From a virus (taxonomy: Duplodnaviria; Caudoviricetes), in IMG/VR virus record IMGVR_UViG_3300028048_000054: a stretch of 64,000 nt of DNA; one strand, written 5' to 3'. Under the pieces are notes generated by a model that saw only the letters and a program-made list of their open reading frames with translations, did no database searches and was not told where the DNA came from. Positions 47,401 through 56,870 of the stretch are shown one piece after another. Both the position numbers and the translations under genes were made by a program. How positions within the stretch are numbered: position 1 is the stretch's first letter; each line of letters opens with the position of its first letter.

Positions 47401-48740
47401 CATACAATAGTAAGTCAAATAAGAAAGATTATGTGAAGTGTGAGTATAATGTTTATGCTCAACGTAGTGATAATTTTCTATCTGAATCTGGTACACGCAA
47501 AGCGGTAGCACAATTAACAGGTACACTACAACCCGCATTTGCATTAGGTGCATCAGAAATTCCATTAGTATTCTCAAATTATAAGACCAATCTTGAATTA
47601 TTGACAGAAACAGCAGAAAAGTTTAATTTCTTCTTATATTCAAATAGGTTTGGTGTTGTACGGTTCGCACCTCCTATGGTTTCATTGGCAAATTTAAGTA
47701 TTCGTGATGGTGTATTAAATGAATCTGCAAGAGATGATGAGTATGACTATTCATATTATACAGACTCACCAGATATTTTGAGTAAACAGAACACTATTTC
47801 ATTTAGAGAAAGTTGTGATGACTCAAAATTGGTAACCTGGATTCAATTAACTGGTGGTCTAGTAGCATCAGCAAGTTTAGATGTCTCAAAGGCTGGTGTT
47901 GCCACACCTGTTGCTAACTGGCCATTGATTAAAAAATATGGTTATCACTCACAGAAACAGCAAGCAGTTATTGGTATTAATAGTTTGCCAGCATTAAGAG
48001 CCTATGGTATGGCCCTTATGGACAGAGCAAATAAAAATTTTAGAACTGCTACTTGTGATACAATGGGTAGCGGTGATATAGATATTAATAAGACCGTTTA
48101 TAGTTCTATTAATAATACTGTGTATCTGCGTGTAGGTTTAAGTTCTCACTATCAGGCTGGTAATACTTTTATAACTTCTTCAACATTAAACTGGGGTAGA
48201 AAGCCACTATGTACATTTTTTGAAGAAGTGGTCGAGAAGTCATCAACATATACAGAATACAACACTGATGAGTCTGGTGGATATTTGAGTAAACCAGAAA
48301 ATGTTTCAATATTACCAAAATTAACAACTCTGACAAGAGAAACAATGTCAAGAGATGTAAATATTGATGCGTTTAAAACTAGTTTAGAGACATTATTTAA
48401 GCAGAATTTAATTACTAATGCTTATTACAGACAGATAAAGGGGTTGTTATCGGCTTACGATACCAATAAGAATTATAAACAATTGTTCTATTCCTTTATA
48501 TTTAATGGGTACTTCTGGGAAGGTGTACCGTCTATTTCATTTGAAGACTTATCAACAGAGTTCTATTCTGAAAATGTTGCTAATGGGTTAGAAGAATCTG
48601 TATTTAGTGGGCAGAATCCTAATGATAAAAAAGGTAAGAAGAAGCCCAAAACAAAAGAAATTAACAATACAACTTCTGTGTTCCTTGGGTTATTTGACCA
48701 ATCTTCTGTGAGTAAGATGCAGGACACTTATACATCATAA
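44430..48740 (+). CDS. large baseplate hub protein
   Basis: C-terminal half ATITLKN, EPMDEV.I, FTGF, ETAEKF.F.LY....GVVRF.PP, LIKKYG; synteny. Confidence 0.6.
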   Translation: MAYIEKSLNTAHFTRPAVVLFKKPLATNEEMTAELEKLIGDAYPMETHTLTSYSGKGNPKAIFYCVSTGAYKVVNYDENAYFHIIDYKDTKENILSKKIDFDLATAKAPVINSSFRRKLWKTAVDSVSLANPATALPYIIGIFLKKSTTTILQNTGKILTNDFLKEAIDKYYDGVDKESEDSLTNTLNRTWYVFSLDDDYYVPEIKYNVKETLGTNYQEEHYVEHGPAGVESTAKVPESFGTTGYGISTLDTHVVQSTCSLTKNAFIRSAAFARNREKLIEIFAKYKILSIYQVVLQESVDCKDITKVTYKQALDDFNNYMKNANAKAFAEFNCEIATFYNSMYNKYSFRAEYYKATDEKNFRIIDKFSASASKFLSTDKYKIKVTTLFPELNRDLLLAMNPKIANGVEYPLSAFKGAFRSLYNLSYYVDSEGGNSKVGYIVFTESDTFRDAVDAYYFLAERINRSINAVDAKTEQQLLKYYNVSAEFPLRYKYQELTTGSMMAISASVLKDDYNTYGSDQKEQKVHINDNNAVQPTGIRKSNTIQFRAFLESMNRGRIGTRESTTITYTSRKMGGFNPLMIDFKLMYYMMIKYNVVLPKYNKLEPEFIHGNNSNSTVRMFPINFFTATGKLESGTFSNISGISRKQKNSDGTTNYAFDFESIKKLPIKDKKRLVSMYESVYYGGWAGFYYTNATTYSEDIAPYYNTQLSDEVLTTIQEVLNEEDESNYTEKFSPLTDFTDFRYLTELNDVKNSDVSDIVVSRQTMGKSQATITLKNNDNKYVFKDGIFKGECIFEPMDEVSIYLPTTSGGLTLSFTGFLDSTDVASTNGYNMISLQCSCPIKLLEINRTNVKPSMSGGLEADYAPLNPFLVPPKMMESMEKWVPFMFVQPLTYMTSMLGDITSPESTYTYKTVELASEGGYHIFGPKFEDDLLQYLWSRRSQHIKDSEAANLALKNLIDKYTDTVTYKNGEELGSEKPEPGIKDLQEKYSYNSKSNKKDYVKCEYNVYAQRSDNFLSESGTRKAVAQLTGTLQPAFALGASEIPLVFSNYKTNLELLTETAEKFNFFLYSNRFGVVRFAPPMVSLANLSIRDGVLNESARDDEYDYSYYTDSPDILSKQNTISFRESCDDSKLVTWIQLTGGLVASASLDVSKAGVATPVANWPLIKKYGYHSQKQQAVIGINSLPALRAYGMALMDRANKNFRTATCDTMGSGDIDINKTVYSSINNTVYLRVGLSSHYQAGNTFITSSTLNWGRKPLCTFFEEVVEKSSTYTEYNTDESGGYLSKPENVSILPKLTTLTRETMSRDVNIDAFKTSLETLFKQNLITNAYYRQIKGLLSAYDTNKNYKQLFYSFIFNGYFWEGVPSISFEDLSTEFYSENVANGLEESVFSGQNPNDKKGKKKPKTKEINNTTSVFLGLFDQSSVSKMQDTYTS

Positions 48741-48742
48741 TA

Positions 48743-48763
48743 GTATACACTTTGGCATTAAGT
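48743..48763 (+). promoter_or_regulatory. putative phage late promoter motif
   Basis: GTATACA-CTTTG-GCATTAAGT before ATG 48776. Confidence 0.65.
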
Positions 48764-48775
48764 GAGGAATGTGAT

Positions 48776-50296
48776 ATGTCTGATATAGGTGATGTTTTAC
48801 GTGATATTGATAAGCCAGATGTCTCTGATTTAGGTGATTATACCAAGAGTATTCGGTTTGCACGTATTTTAAATGTTTATGACGCATCTATATTAGAAGC
48901 CTCTGCTAGTGCTAAAAATAAGTATGGTAAGGCAGATATACTGTTTTTAGATGGTTTAGGAACTGTACCAGTAGAAATTCCTATATTAACAAACTGGTTT
49001 TCGTGGACTCGTGGTTCTGGTATTATGTTTATGCCAGAGCAGAATGATATAGTAGCCTGTTTAATGCAGCATAATGGGTACCCAATTATTATTGGATTTT
49101 TGCCATATAAGTGGGACGAGACAACTGAAAAACCAGTAAAATTAAGAAAGACCTCTGTTGGATATACAAAACCACTTTATAAAGGTGAGGTATTGATAAA
49201 ATCATCTTCTGGTGGAAATATCCTACTAAATAAAAGTGGTTCAGTAGAGGTTAGCGGCGTAGATAGTTCTATTAATGAAATGGTTATATCTGAAATAGAT
49301 GGAAATAACCAAGAAGTAATGTTTAATAGAACATTAGATGGTAATGAGGCTGGTGTATCAAAAACAGTTGTTGGTAAAAGATACCTGCCAGATGGAACAC
49401 CAAAATACGTAGGAAATTTTCCACAGATTTTTGAAAGTGGGGTTTCAACACATTATACACAGTCTATAGAACTTCCTTATGCTGAAAGTATGTCTTTTAA
49501 TCTTCAGGAAGATGCAGAAATCACTGAAGTTACATCTGTAGAGGTGGTGTCAAGAGCAGGGAACACATCAAAGACATATACTCTAGGTGAAAAACAATAC
49601 TCGCTTGTTGCAGAGAATATTTATACACCTGGTTCTAGTAATGATAATGAGTTGTACTATAAACCCGCTACTATAGAGAAAAATTCTATAAAATACACTT
49701 TAATTATTCCTAATAAGGGATTCTCTAATGCAACCGTAAAATTAACTTATGAGGCAAAGGTATTTGTTGGCGGTGTTAGAGTCAATAGTGGTGGGGACTT
49801 ATTTTTAGATGGACGCAATGTTATAGTACGTTCAGCAAATGAAAATGCAACACTCGCTTTAACAGATGATGGTAGAGCAACATTACGTGGTGGTGGTAAT
49901 ACCAGTATTGGTAATGCATATGGTGGTGTATTAAGGTGTACACAAGCAGGTGTAATGTACAGTAATGGTATCGGAAGGGACTCTATGGGAGACCCTGATG
50001 CACCAATCACCAAGATGTCATTGTGGTCCGCATTAGGTGCTGAAGATAAGGAATTTGGTTCACTGTTTTATATATCGGACAACTTACCATTATTTAGATT
50101 GTTTAAGAGTGGAGATGTGTGGGACTACAAAGCAGTGACAGATAGTGAATATGCGTCGTTATCAACAAAATCTAGAGCCACAGTTAATAAATTAACCATT
50201 TCATTATGTGGATTCTTCCTAACCAAAGAAAAATTAGCAAAACTATTATTAGAAGATGCCACATCATATGGTGATTTGAAAGCAGGTGTGAAGTGA
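48776..50296 (+). CDS. baseplate central spike/gp5-like OB-fold protein
   Basis: ARI..V...GIMFMPEQNDIV...PIIIGFL, L.KGEV.I.S..G..I.L...G. Start at MSDIG (GAGG SD). Confidence 0.6.
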   Translation: MSDIGDVLRDIDKPDVSDLGDYTKSIRFARILNVYDASILEASASAKNKYGKADILFLDGLGTVPVEIPILTNWFSWTRGSGIMFMPEQNDIVACLMQHNGYPIIIGFLPYKWDETTEKPVKLRKTSVGYTKPLYKGEVLIKSSSGGNILLNKSGSVEVSGVDSSINEMVISEIDGNNQEVMFNRTLDGNEAGVSKTVVGKRYLPDGTPKYVGNFPQIFESGVSTHYTQSIELPYAESMSFNLQEDAEITEVTSVEVVSRAGNTSKTYTLGEKQYSLVAENIYTPGSSNDNELYYKPATIEKNSIKYTLIIPNKGFSNATVKLTYEAKVFVGGVRVNSGGDLFLDGRNVIVRSANENATLALTDDGRATLRGGGNTSIGNAYGGVLRCTQAGVMYSNGIGRDSMGDPDAPITKMSLWSALGAEDKEFGSLFYISDNLPLFRLFKSGDVWDYKAVTDSEYASLSTKSRATVNKLTISLCGFFLTKEKLAKLLLEDATSYGDLKAGVK

Positions 50297-50297
50297 T

Positions 50298-50630
50298 ATG
50301 AAAAAAGAAAAGAAAGAATTTAGAACCGTTAAATGTGCTTGTTGTGGTAGATATGAAAAACAAGTAGACAGCAGGGTTGTTGATTGGTATTGTTCTGATT
50401 GTTCATTTGGTAATGGTAATTTTTTTAGAAAACAGGCTGGCAGACCAATTATTAAACCAGCAACAGGCGTAAAGAAGGGTTCCATTGTTAAATCTGTTTT
50501 TGGAAAAGAATACAAAGTTTTAGGGATTGGTTATAAATTCCAAAATACAACTTATTATTTTGTTGTAGAAAAAAATGCACAGGACGGGGTTCCTAGTTTT
50601 TTAGGGGACTACCAGATAATTAGCAAATGA
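50298..50630 (+). CDS. small Zn-ribbon protein
   Basis: CACCG...CSDC. Confidence 0.55.
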   Translation: MKKEKKEFRTVKCACCGRYEKQVDSRVVDWYCSDCSFGNGNFFRKQAGRPIIKPATGVKKGSIVKSVFGKEYKVLGIGYKFQNTTYYFVVEKNAQDGVPSFLGDYQIISK

Positions 50631-51103
50631 CATTAATGGACTCATTGAGTAATCAGGGGATAGAAATATCACAATATATGTCTGCAACAACTATTATCAA
50701 ATATGTTAGCAGTTTAGGTGCATTGATGCCTGTATTTCCAAATGTATTCTCAATGATTAATACATTACAGTCTTATGTTGATAAATATAAGAGTGCTGTT
50801 CAAGCACTGGATAAAGCGCAAGGTGTTGTAGATAATGCACAAGCAAAATTAGAACAAGCAAAGGATATGTATAACAAAATTTTAAATACTCCTACAGCGT
50901 ATATTGGAACTGGAATTGGAACAGTATCAATCAATCCGTCAGCAACTATAGCCTATCACGCAGCAATTGAGGCTGCACAAAAGGCACTAGACCAAGCAGA
51001 AAAAGCATTAGAGAAAGCAAGACAGAAAGTGGATAGTATATATGACCAGATTGAGAAATATAAAGACACTGTAGTAAATCAATTGATGTCAATAAAGGTA
51101 TAA
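50627..51103 (+). CDS. coiled-coil hairpin protein
   Basis: Two Q/A/K heptad helices (QALDKAQ / KALDQAE) around a Gly-rich turn. Confidence 0.55.
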   Translation: MTLMDSLSNQGIEISQYMSATTIIKYVSSLGALMPVFPNVFSMINTLQSYVDKYKSAVQALDKAQGVVDNAQAKLEQAKDMYNKILNTPTAYIGTGIGTVSINPSATIAYHAAIEAAQKALDQAEKALEKARQKVDSIYDQIEKYKDTVVNQLMSIKV

Positions 51104-51105
51104 AA

Positions 51106-52521
51106 ATGGCAATTACAAAAGACACATTATTAAGTTTATCAAGAAAATTAATATCAGCCAGAAATAATAACATTGACTTAACAACTGGTACAGTATTAAG
51201 TGATTTAGGTGTTGATGCTACAGCACAAATTTTAGCATCGATTTCTGCTGATATAGATAGAATTATAGGGCAACAAGCATTAAATAGTGAGTATTTCACA
51301 GATGAAGAAGCAGATATGCTTGTTCAGTCTTTTGGTATTAAGAGAAAAGAACCTGGTTTTGCCACAGGTAATATTACCTTTGCAACACGCGACCTTCCTT
51401 CAGCGTCATCTCCTATTGTTATTCCAGTAGGTACACAAGTTTATACTTCGTCAGAAAACAATTCTGCAAGTTATTACTATGAAACAACTTCATCTGGGTC
51501 AATAACAAGCACAGCACCATTTAATACAACTACTGGGTACTATGAGGTTACAGTAAGTATTAAAGCAATGTCACCAGGAACTGATTACAATGTGGGTATT
51601 GGTTATATTAATGGTTTAAGAAGTTCTATCTCTGGTGTATCAGCGGTTTATAATAAAAATGCTATTGTTAATGGTACAGACACTGAATCGACTGAATCGC
51701 TATTAAATAAATTTTTAATCTATTGGCGTGGAAGAAATAGAAACACAGAACCTGGTATTTTGGCTTGGACCTATGAAAATCCAGTTGTAGAAGAAGCAAA
51801 AGTAATTGGTCCAGATAATGACTTTGCTTTACGCGGTCCAGGTGCTGTTGACGTGTATGTTCGTGGTATTACCGATTTAACTTATACACAAACCATTACA
51901 ACAATAACTAAAGAGGTTCTTTTTGCTAAACAGCCTGTTATTAACATTGACACACTGTATGTAACAGTTGGTTCGGACAACTTTACTATTAATGATGGTG
52001 TATTTTCTATTGTAAAAGATACCGAAACAATTTATCAAGGTTCAAATGCTGCCCACGATAAACTAGTGTGGACTGATGATGGTTATGATATTGTAAAAAA
52101 TGTAACATCATACACCATAACATACTCATACAATTCATTAATCGATGATTTGCAAAGTATGTATGATAATGATGAAGAACGGTTAATTACAGGGGATATT
52201 CTGGCAAGAGAAACTTATAAAGTAGAAGTTGTAATGGAATTTGGTATTACAACTTTTCCTGGTGTTGATAAAGCCACAACAATATCTTTGGTCAAAACCA
52301 ATATTCAAAACTTTGTAAATACGACACCTTTAAATACTGACTTAAAACAGTCAGATATTGTTGCAATTATTGAGGGTACCGATGGTGTATCCTATACTGC
52401 ACTGCCATTTCTGCAATTCCACAGAGTAGGTGAAACTGACGAGAATAAGTGGGTGGCAGACATCGATTCATCTCCATTAGAATATTTTAGAGTTCAAAAC
52501 GAGAATATTATTATTGGTTAA
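51106..52521 (+). CDS. baseplate J-like wedge protein
   Basis: GIKRK...ATG.ITF, IPVGT.V, A..PG..YNV..G.I, NGTDTES.ESL, GPGAVDVYV. Confidence 0.88.
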   Translation: MAITKDTLLSLSRKLISARNNNIDLTTGTVLSDLGVDATAQILASISADIDRIIGQQALNSEYFTDEEADMLVQSFGIKRKEPGFATGNITFATRDLPSASSPIVIPVGTQVYTSSENNSASYYYETTSSGSITSTAPFNTTTGYYEVTVSIKAMSPGTDYNVGIGYINGLRSSISGVSAVYNKNAIVNGTDTESTESLLNKFLIYWRGRNRNTEPGILAWTYENPVVEEAKVIGPDNDFALRGPGAVDVYVRGITDLTYTQTITTITKEVLFAKQPVINIDTLYVTVGSDNFTINDGVFSIVKDTETIYQGSNAAHDKLVWTDDGYDIVKNVTSYTITYSYNSLIDDLQSMYDNDEERLITGDILARETYKVEVVMEFGITTFPGVDKATTISLVKTNIQNFVNTTPLNTDLKQSDIVAIIEGTDGVSYTALPFLQFHRVGETDENKWVADIDSSPLEYFRVQNENIIIG

Positions 52522-52523
52522 TT

Positions 52524-53360
52524 ATGATAGACGCAAAGTACATTAATGTTTGTAATCATAGGTTAGTGTGCGAGCCAATTGAACTAGAAGTTTTAGATTC
52601 TAGTGCTGGCACATATAAAGCAACCCTTCCTTATCCAGCAATTACAGAGAAGGCGTTGGTTTTTATTAGAACTTATGATGATGAAAAAAAGTACTTTCAC
52701 GATGAATCTAGTTATTTGGAAACTCTAAATTATTCTTACCGTACTGTAACAGGTTCAATGGATGAATTACCAGAAGGTGGACTTATTAAACACATAGGTA
52801 TTACAAACTATGAGTTTATGTCCGATACGGAAATTGTTTTTGGTACTATTCAAGGTGATGATACAATTAATAAAATTGATTTAACAGAAGGTCGTGTTCC
52901 AAAACAAATTATTCTCATAGATTACAATGTTAAAGCAGATAAGTGTCCTATTTGTAATGGTACTGAAATTACACAAGATATAAATTTTAGTGGTACTGGT
53001 GAAGTAATGACTAATGAGGGACACGATAAGATTGTTTCTCGTGTATTAAAAGCCTTACTAACACCTTATGGGGAATCAGCAGAAGACATTGCGTTTGGTT
53101 CTGCATTAGATACATTGATAGGAAATGAATTGGACTTAACTATTTCTGCTACAATTCAAAAGCATATATATGATACTATCAGTTATTTGATAAAATTACA
53201 AAGTAATGTTGAACTACAGCCAGAGGAAATTATAACAGGAGTTGAAAGTATTACAGTTAAACAGGACGATAAGATACCTACTAAATTAAATATAACAGTA
53301 GTTGTCACAGACTACAATGGTGAAAAAGTTCCCTGTGTACTTTCATTAGATGTTGACTAA
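52524..53360 (+). CDS. baseplate wedge protein with gp25/GPW-like C-terminus
   Basis: CPICNG, KALLTPYG....FGS.L..LIG, PEEII..VESI.V. Confidence 0.7.
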   Translation: MIDAKYINVCNHRLVCEPIELEVLDSSAGTYKATLPYPAITEKALVFIRTYDDEKKYFHDESSYLETLNYSYRTVTGSMDELPEGGLIKHIGITNYEFMSDTEIVFGTIQGDDTINKIDLTEGRVPKQIILIDYNVKADKCPICNGTEITQDINFSGTGEVMTNEGHDKIVSRVLKALLTPYGESAEDIAFGSALDTLIGNELDLTISATIQKHIYDTISYLIKLQSNVELQPEEIITGVESITVKQDDKIPTKLNITVVVTDYNGEKVPCVLSLDVD

Positions 53361-53361
53361 T

Positions 53362-53793
53362 ATGCCTAAATTTGGAAATAAATCATTAAGTATTTTACAA
53401 AACGCCCACCCAGAATTAAGACGGGTACTAAATGAGGCAATTAAATATTTTGATTTCTCTGTAATTGAGTCAGTTAGAACTCAAGAACAACACGAAGCAA
53501 ATGTAAAGGCTGGAAAGACAAAAACAACTTGGGAGAAGTCAAAACATCGTGCTCGTTTAGATAATGAGGGTCGTATGACTTCTTGGGCGGTCGATATTGT
53601 TCCATATCCTTGTGATTGGTCAGATAAAGCCAGTTTCGCATTAATGGCAGGGTATGTATTAGGAATCGCTGCCGTTTTACATAGACAGGGATTTTTAACA
53701 CATAAGTTACGTTGGGGTGGGGATTGGTCAGGTGACGGAAAGACAAATGATGAACGATTCTACGATGGACCGCACTTTGAACTGGTAGATTAA
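53362..53793 (+). CDS. endolysin, M15-family peptidase
   Basis: F...S...L...HPEL, RT.EQ, SKH, AVDIVP, RWGGDW, DGPHFEL. Confidence 0.9.
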   Translation: MPKFGNKSLSILQNAHPELRRVLNEAIKYFDFSVIESVRTQEQHEANVKAGKTKTTWEKSKHRARLDNEGRMTSWAVDIVPYPCDWSDKASFALMAGYVLGIAAVLHRQGFLTHKLRWGGDWSGDGKTNDERFYDGPHFELVD

Positions 53794-53795
53794 TT

Positions 53796-54119
53796 ATGAC
53801 AGACTTATCAACATTAGTAGTTTTATGTTCAGTAGGTACAATAGGTGTAATTCAGTGGACTAAAGAATTGGTTCAATCTGTTTCCACTAAGAACTTTGAC
53901 CACCTATATCAAGTTTTATTGTCTTTATTTCTATCAATAGTATCTGGTTTCTTTATTTGGAAAATTAAATATTCCACAGAAACATACTATATGGTATTCC
54001 CTCTAACACTTGGGGTGTTATCAGTAGTGCAATTAGGGTATGATAACATTATTAAATATCTTCAACAGGCCATTGAAGGTATAATGAAAAAGTTTATTTC
54101 AAATGAACAAGATAAATAA
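53796..54119 (+). CDS. holin
   Basis: 107 aa with three hydrophobic segments and QLGYD near the C-terminus; adjacent to the endolysin. Confidence 0.7.
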   Translation: MTDLSTLVVLCSVGTIGVIQWTKELVQSVSTKNFDHLYQVLLSLFLSIVSGFFIWKIKYSTETYYMVFPLTLGVLSVVQLGYDNIIKYLQQAIEGIMKKFISNEQDK

Positions 54120-54657
54120 AATAATCATTTTTATGTTACTCCTGGTTCTAGGTGTTTTGTTATTTCAAAACTACCTACTTCGCCGTAATGTAAAAGAGGC
54201 CGTAGAACAAGGTGGAACATTACCTCCAGGTGTACAGCAAGAAGTAACTGTTAAGCAGGACCACGTTACAATTAAAGAGAAAGAAACCAATACTGTAACA
54301 GGGGAAGTGATGGTTAACACTCAGACATTATATGTACCACCAGAAGGTCAAGTGGTTATTACAACAACTGATGAGGGTAAGACATCAGTGAAACTAACTA
54401 ATAAGGGATTTACATTTACACCAGGTTTAGTATTTGTACCATCAAAAGATATGAATATTGGTGTAAATGCTAGATTAGTGTACTGGAATAGATTTGGTGC
54501 TGGTGTTGGTGGTATTATTTCAATCACAGATGACCCAAAACCAGCGGGAATTGGTTTTGTAGATTATAGATTTTATAAGAATTTTGCAGTAGGTGTGGCA
54601 TATAGAGAAGCAATAACTGAACGTGGTATAGGTGCAACTCTTACATACTACTTTTAA
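54103..54657 (+). CDS. membrane-anchored protein with C-terminal amphipathic beta strands (candidate spanin-like)
   Basis: N-terminal TM IIIFMLLLVLGVLLF; C-terminus GIGATLTYYF. Confidence 0.5.
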   Translation: MNKINKIIIFMLLLVLGVLLFQNYLLRRNVKEAVEQGGTLPPGVQQEVTVKQDHVTIKEKETNTVTGEVMVNTQTLYVPPEGQVVITTTDEGKTSVKLTNKGFTFTPGLVFVPSKDMNIGVNARLVYWNRFGAGVGGIISITDDPKPAGIGFVDYRFYKNFAVGVAYREAITERGIGATLTYYF

Positions 54658-54668
54658 GGAAGATAACA

Positions 54669-55178
54669 ATGGGCTATAAGAAAAGAACTCCAAATACATA
54701 TGATTTACTAGCAACTAAAGTTCTAACATATGTTAATGAAGAAGATAAGAACGGCAGAGAAGTTGCGTGGGTTGTTGACGAATATGAAGATACTAAGATT
54801 CGTGAGTGGAACTCGGTTATTGATTTAGGAAAAGATGATGCCGAAGAATTGGTAGAGCCAGATTTGGTACAAGAAGCCCGTTATGAACTGTTAACTCCAT
54901 CTGTAGACGGAAATGTTGACCTACACTTAGCAGACGGTACTTTTACTGAAGAAGATGGAACTGCTTCAACAGCAACATCTCGTATGTATACAAAAACTAC
55001 ATATGTAAAAGTAATCGACAAAGAACACTATAATTTTAATGATTTAATGATTTTTAAGAACGGTACTCTTCAAGATAAAGTAAAAGATATTGCTTTTGCA
55101 GGGGAAGATACCATTCGTTTTGTTTTACCATTAGACGCTGGAGATATTATCCACGTAAGAAAACAAATTGGCTTATAA
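54669..55178 (+). CDS. hypothetical virion protein
   Basis: C-terminal LMIFKNG.LQ....IRF..PL.AGD.I motif typical of tail/baseplate beta domains. Confidence 0.55.
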   Translation: MGYKKRTPNTYDLLATKVLTYVNEEDKNGREVAWVVDEYEDTKIREWNSVIDLGKDDAEELVEPDLVQEARYELLTPSVDGNVDLHLADGTFTEEDGTASTATSRMYTKTTYVKVIDKEHYNFNDLMIFKNGTLQDKVKDIAFAGEDTIRFVLPLDAGDIIHVRKQIGL

Positions 55179-55191
55179 GGAGTTCTGGTAA

Positions 55192-55677
55192 ATGTCAATT
55201 AACTTATTAGACCTTAGACATTTAAGAGTTGGTACAAAGTCAGAAATTGCTGCTATTACCAATATCAGAGATGGACAGTTCTCAATGTGTACTGAGAACA
55301 GAACACTTTACACTTTTGTATTAAGTGGGGCACAGTATTTAATTGACAATGAAAAGGTACTTCGTTCAGATGTATCTGCCAATGCTAGATGGGTATATGC
55401 CAACATAAATGTGCCTTTTGGGTATGTTTATGACTTTGTAGTAAGGGATTGGGAAGAAGATAGTGAAAATGATGTGTACAGATTAACCATTGAGGACCCC
55501 AATACTGTTATTCAGACTGATAAGACTATGATTCAGTTGTACGACTCACAATCTAATTTAGTAGGAGTTTCAAATATTGGGAAGGATGAAAATGGGTTAT
55601 ATGTTTTAACAACGTGTACAGAACCTGATGGACGTTTTAATGGGCGGGCCATCATCATTCCAACTAATAAAGTATAG
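55192..55677 (+). CDS. hypothetical virion/fibre-associated protein
   Basis: 161-aa beta-rich ORF with AAGGAG SD. Confidence 0.55.
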   Translation: MSINLLDLRHLRVGTKSEIAAITNIRDGQFSMCTENRTLYTFVLSGAQYLIDNEKVLRSDVSANARWVYANINVPFGYVYDFVVRDWEEDSENDVYRLTIEDPNTVIQTDKTMIQLYDSQSNLVGVSNIGKDENGLYVLTTCTEPDGRFNGRAIIIPTNKV

Positions 55678-55679
55678 TT

Positions 55680-56870
55680 ATGGAATTTATAGAAATTATT
55701 AAAATTATTTGGCACGATATGATTACAACACCGTGGGGAGCATTACTCGGTATTGTGATTCTAATTTTGTTCTTATTTAAGGAACAAATTCGGGAAATTA
55801 TTGATTTTATAATGAAACGTAAAAGTGCATCTTATGGTAAATCCGAGTATAGTAAAAAAGATGTTTTGAACCACCCTATTTTCAGAGACTTAGATTATTG
55901 GATTAATAAAGGTATTAAATTAGTAAAAATTGAGAAGTCGTATGCCAAAGAACTTATTATGAAGGATGTACTTTATATTAAGTTTAATGTGATAAAAGAC
56001 CTATTGACAAATACCATTAAAAATGATACTATAGATAGTATGAACAATTATGATTTAAAGAAGTTTTTCCAGGAACTCTTTAGAGATATGGATGCCCAAC
56101 AGGTAATTGGATGGAGAAATGCTGGTATACCTGAAGTATTTATTAGAAAATATTTAACTATGCAAAGAATGGGGCAAGAAGTTGTTCAGAATACAATTAA
56201 AGTATTTTTAAGCAGTGCTATTGATGCCACCACTTACACAAAGTGTTATTTGATTTTATCCGTATTAGATGCACAATTAACGAACGTATATGCAAATGCT
56301 GTATCTACGGCTTTATCATTAAACGGGGACTTAAATGGTACGATTTATAAGGGGGTTATTATTGGCACGTCTCACACAATGTATGCCATAGATGCCCCAA
56401 TATCTGAGGATTTAATTGTATCAAGACTGGATGAGTTGCTTTCAAAAGTACATTGTTCACGTGCAGGAGTCGTTTTATTTCACGAATATCCAGCAGACGA
56501 CCCATTTGATGGGAAATTTTCTATTGTATATGAACAATGCTCACCAGGAGTTTCAGTGGATAAGAAAGATGTACAATATATGCCAGCATACTTATTAAAT
56601 GAGTTTAAATCCCCATTTGAGAAGGGAGAATTAGTTGTTGGAACAATTTTTGATTTTGATTATGGTGTGGGTAAGATAATGCGGGAGAACGGGACAGAAG
56701 TTTTGGCGGTGTACCCACTTAAAGATAATAGTACATTAAAAGGATTTATTAAATTGAATTGGCTTTCTAAAAATAAGTATCAATCAGATATAAAACAGGT
56801 TGACTTATTAAAAGAGTTACAAGACAGTTCAGAAGATATTAAAAAATTATTATTAGGGCATAAACAATGA
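55680..56870 (+). CDS. TM-anchored protein with C-terminal GAF-like domain
   Basis: TM GALLGIVILILFLF. C-terminal LDELL....CSRAGV..FH...FS.VYEQ...G....VYPLK....LKGFI.L.W fits the GAF pattern. Confidence 0.6.
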   Translation: MEFIEIIKIIWHDMITTPWGALLGIVILILFLFKEQIREIIDFIMKRKSASYGKSEYSKKDVLNHPIFRDLDYWINKGIKLVKIEKSYAKELIMKDVLYIKFNVIKDLLTNTIKNDTIDSMNNYDLKKFFQELFRDMDAQQVIGWRNAGIPEVFIRKYLTMQRMGQEVVQNTIKVFLSSAIDATTYTKCYLILSVLDAQLTNVYANAVSTALSLNGDLNGTIYKGVIIGTSHTMYAIDAPISEDLIVSRLDELLSKVHCSRAGVVLFHEYPADDPFDGKFSIVYEQCSPGVSVDKKDVQYMPAYLLNEFKSPFEKGELVVGTIFDFDYGVGKIMRENGTEVLAVYPLKDNSTLKGFIKLNWLSKNKYQSDIKQVDLLKELQDSSEDIKKLLLGHKQ

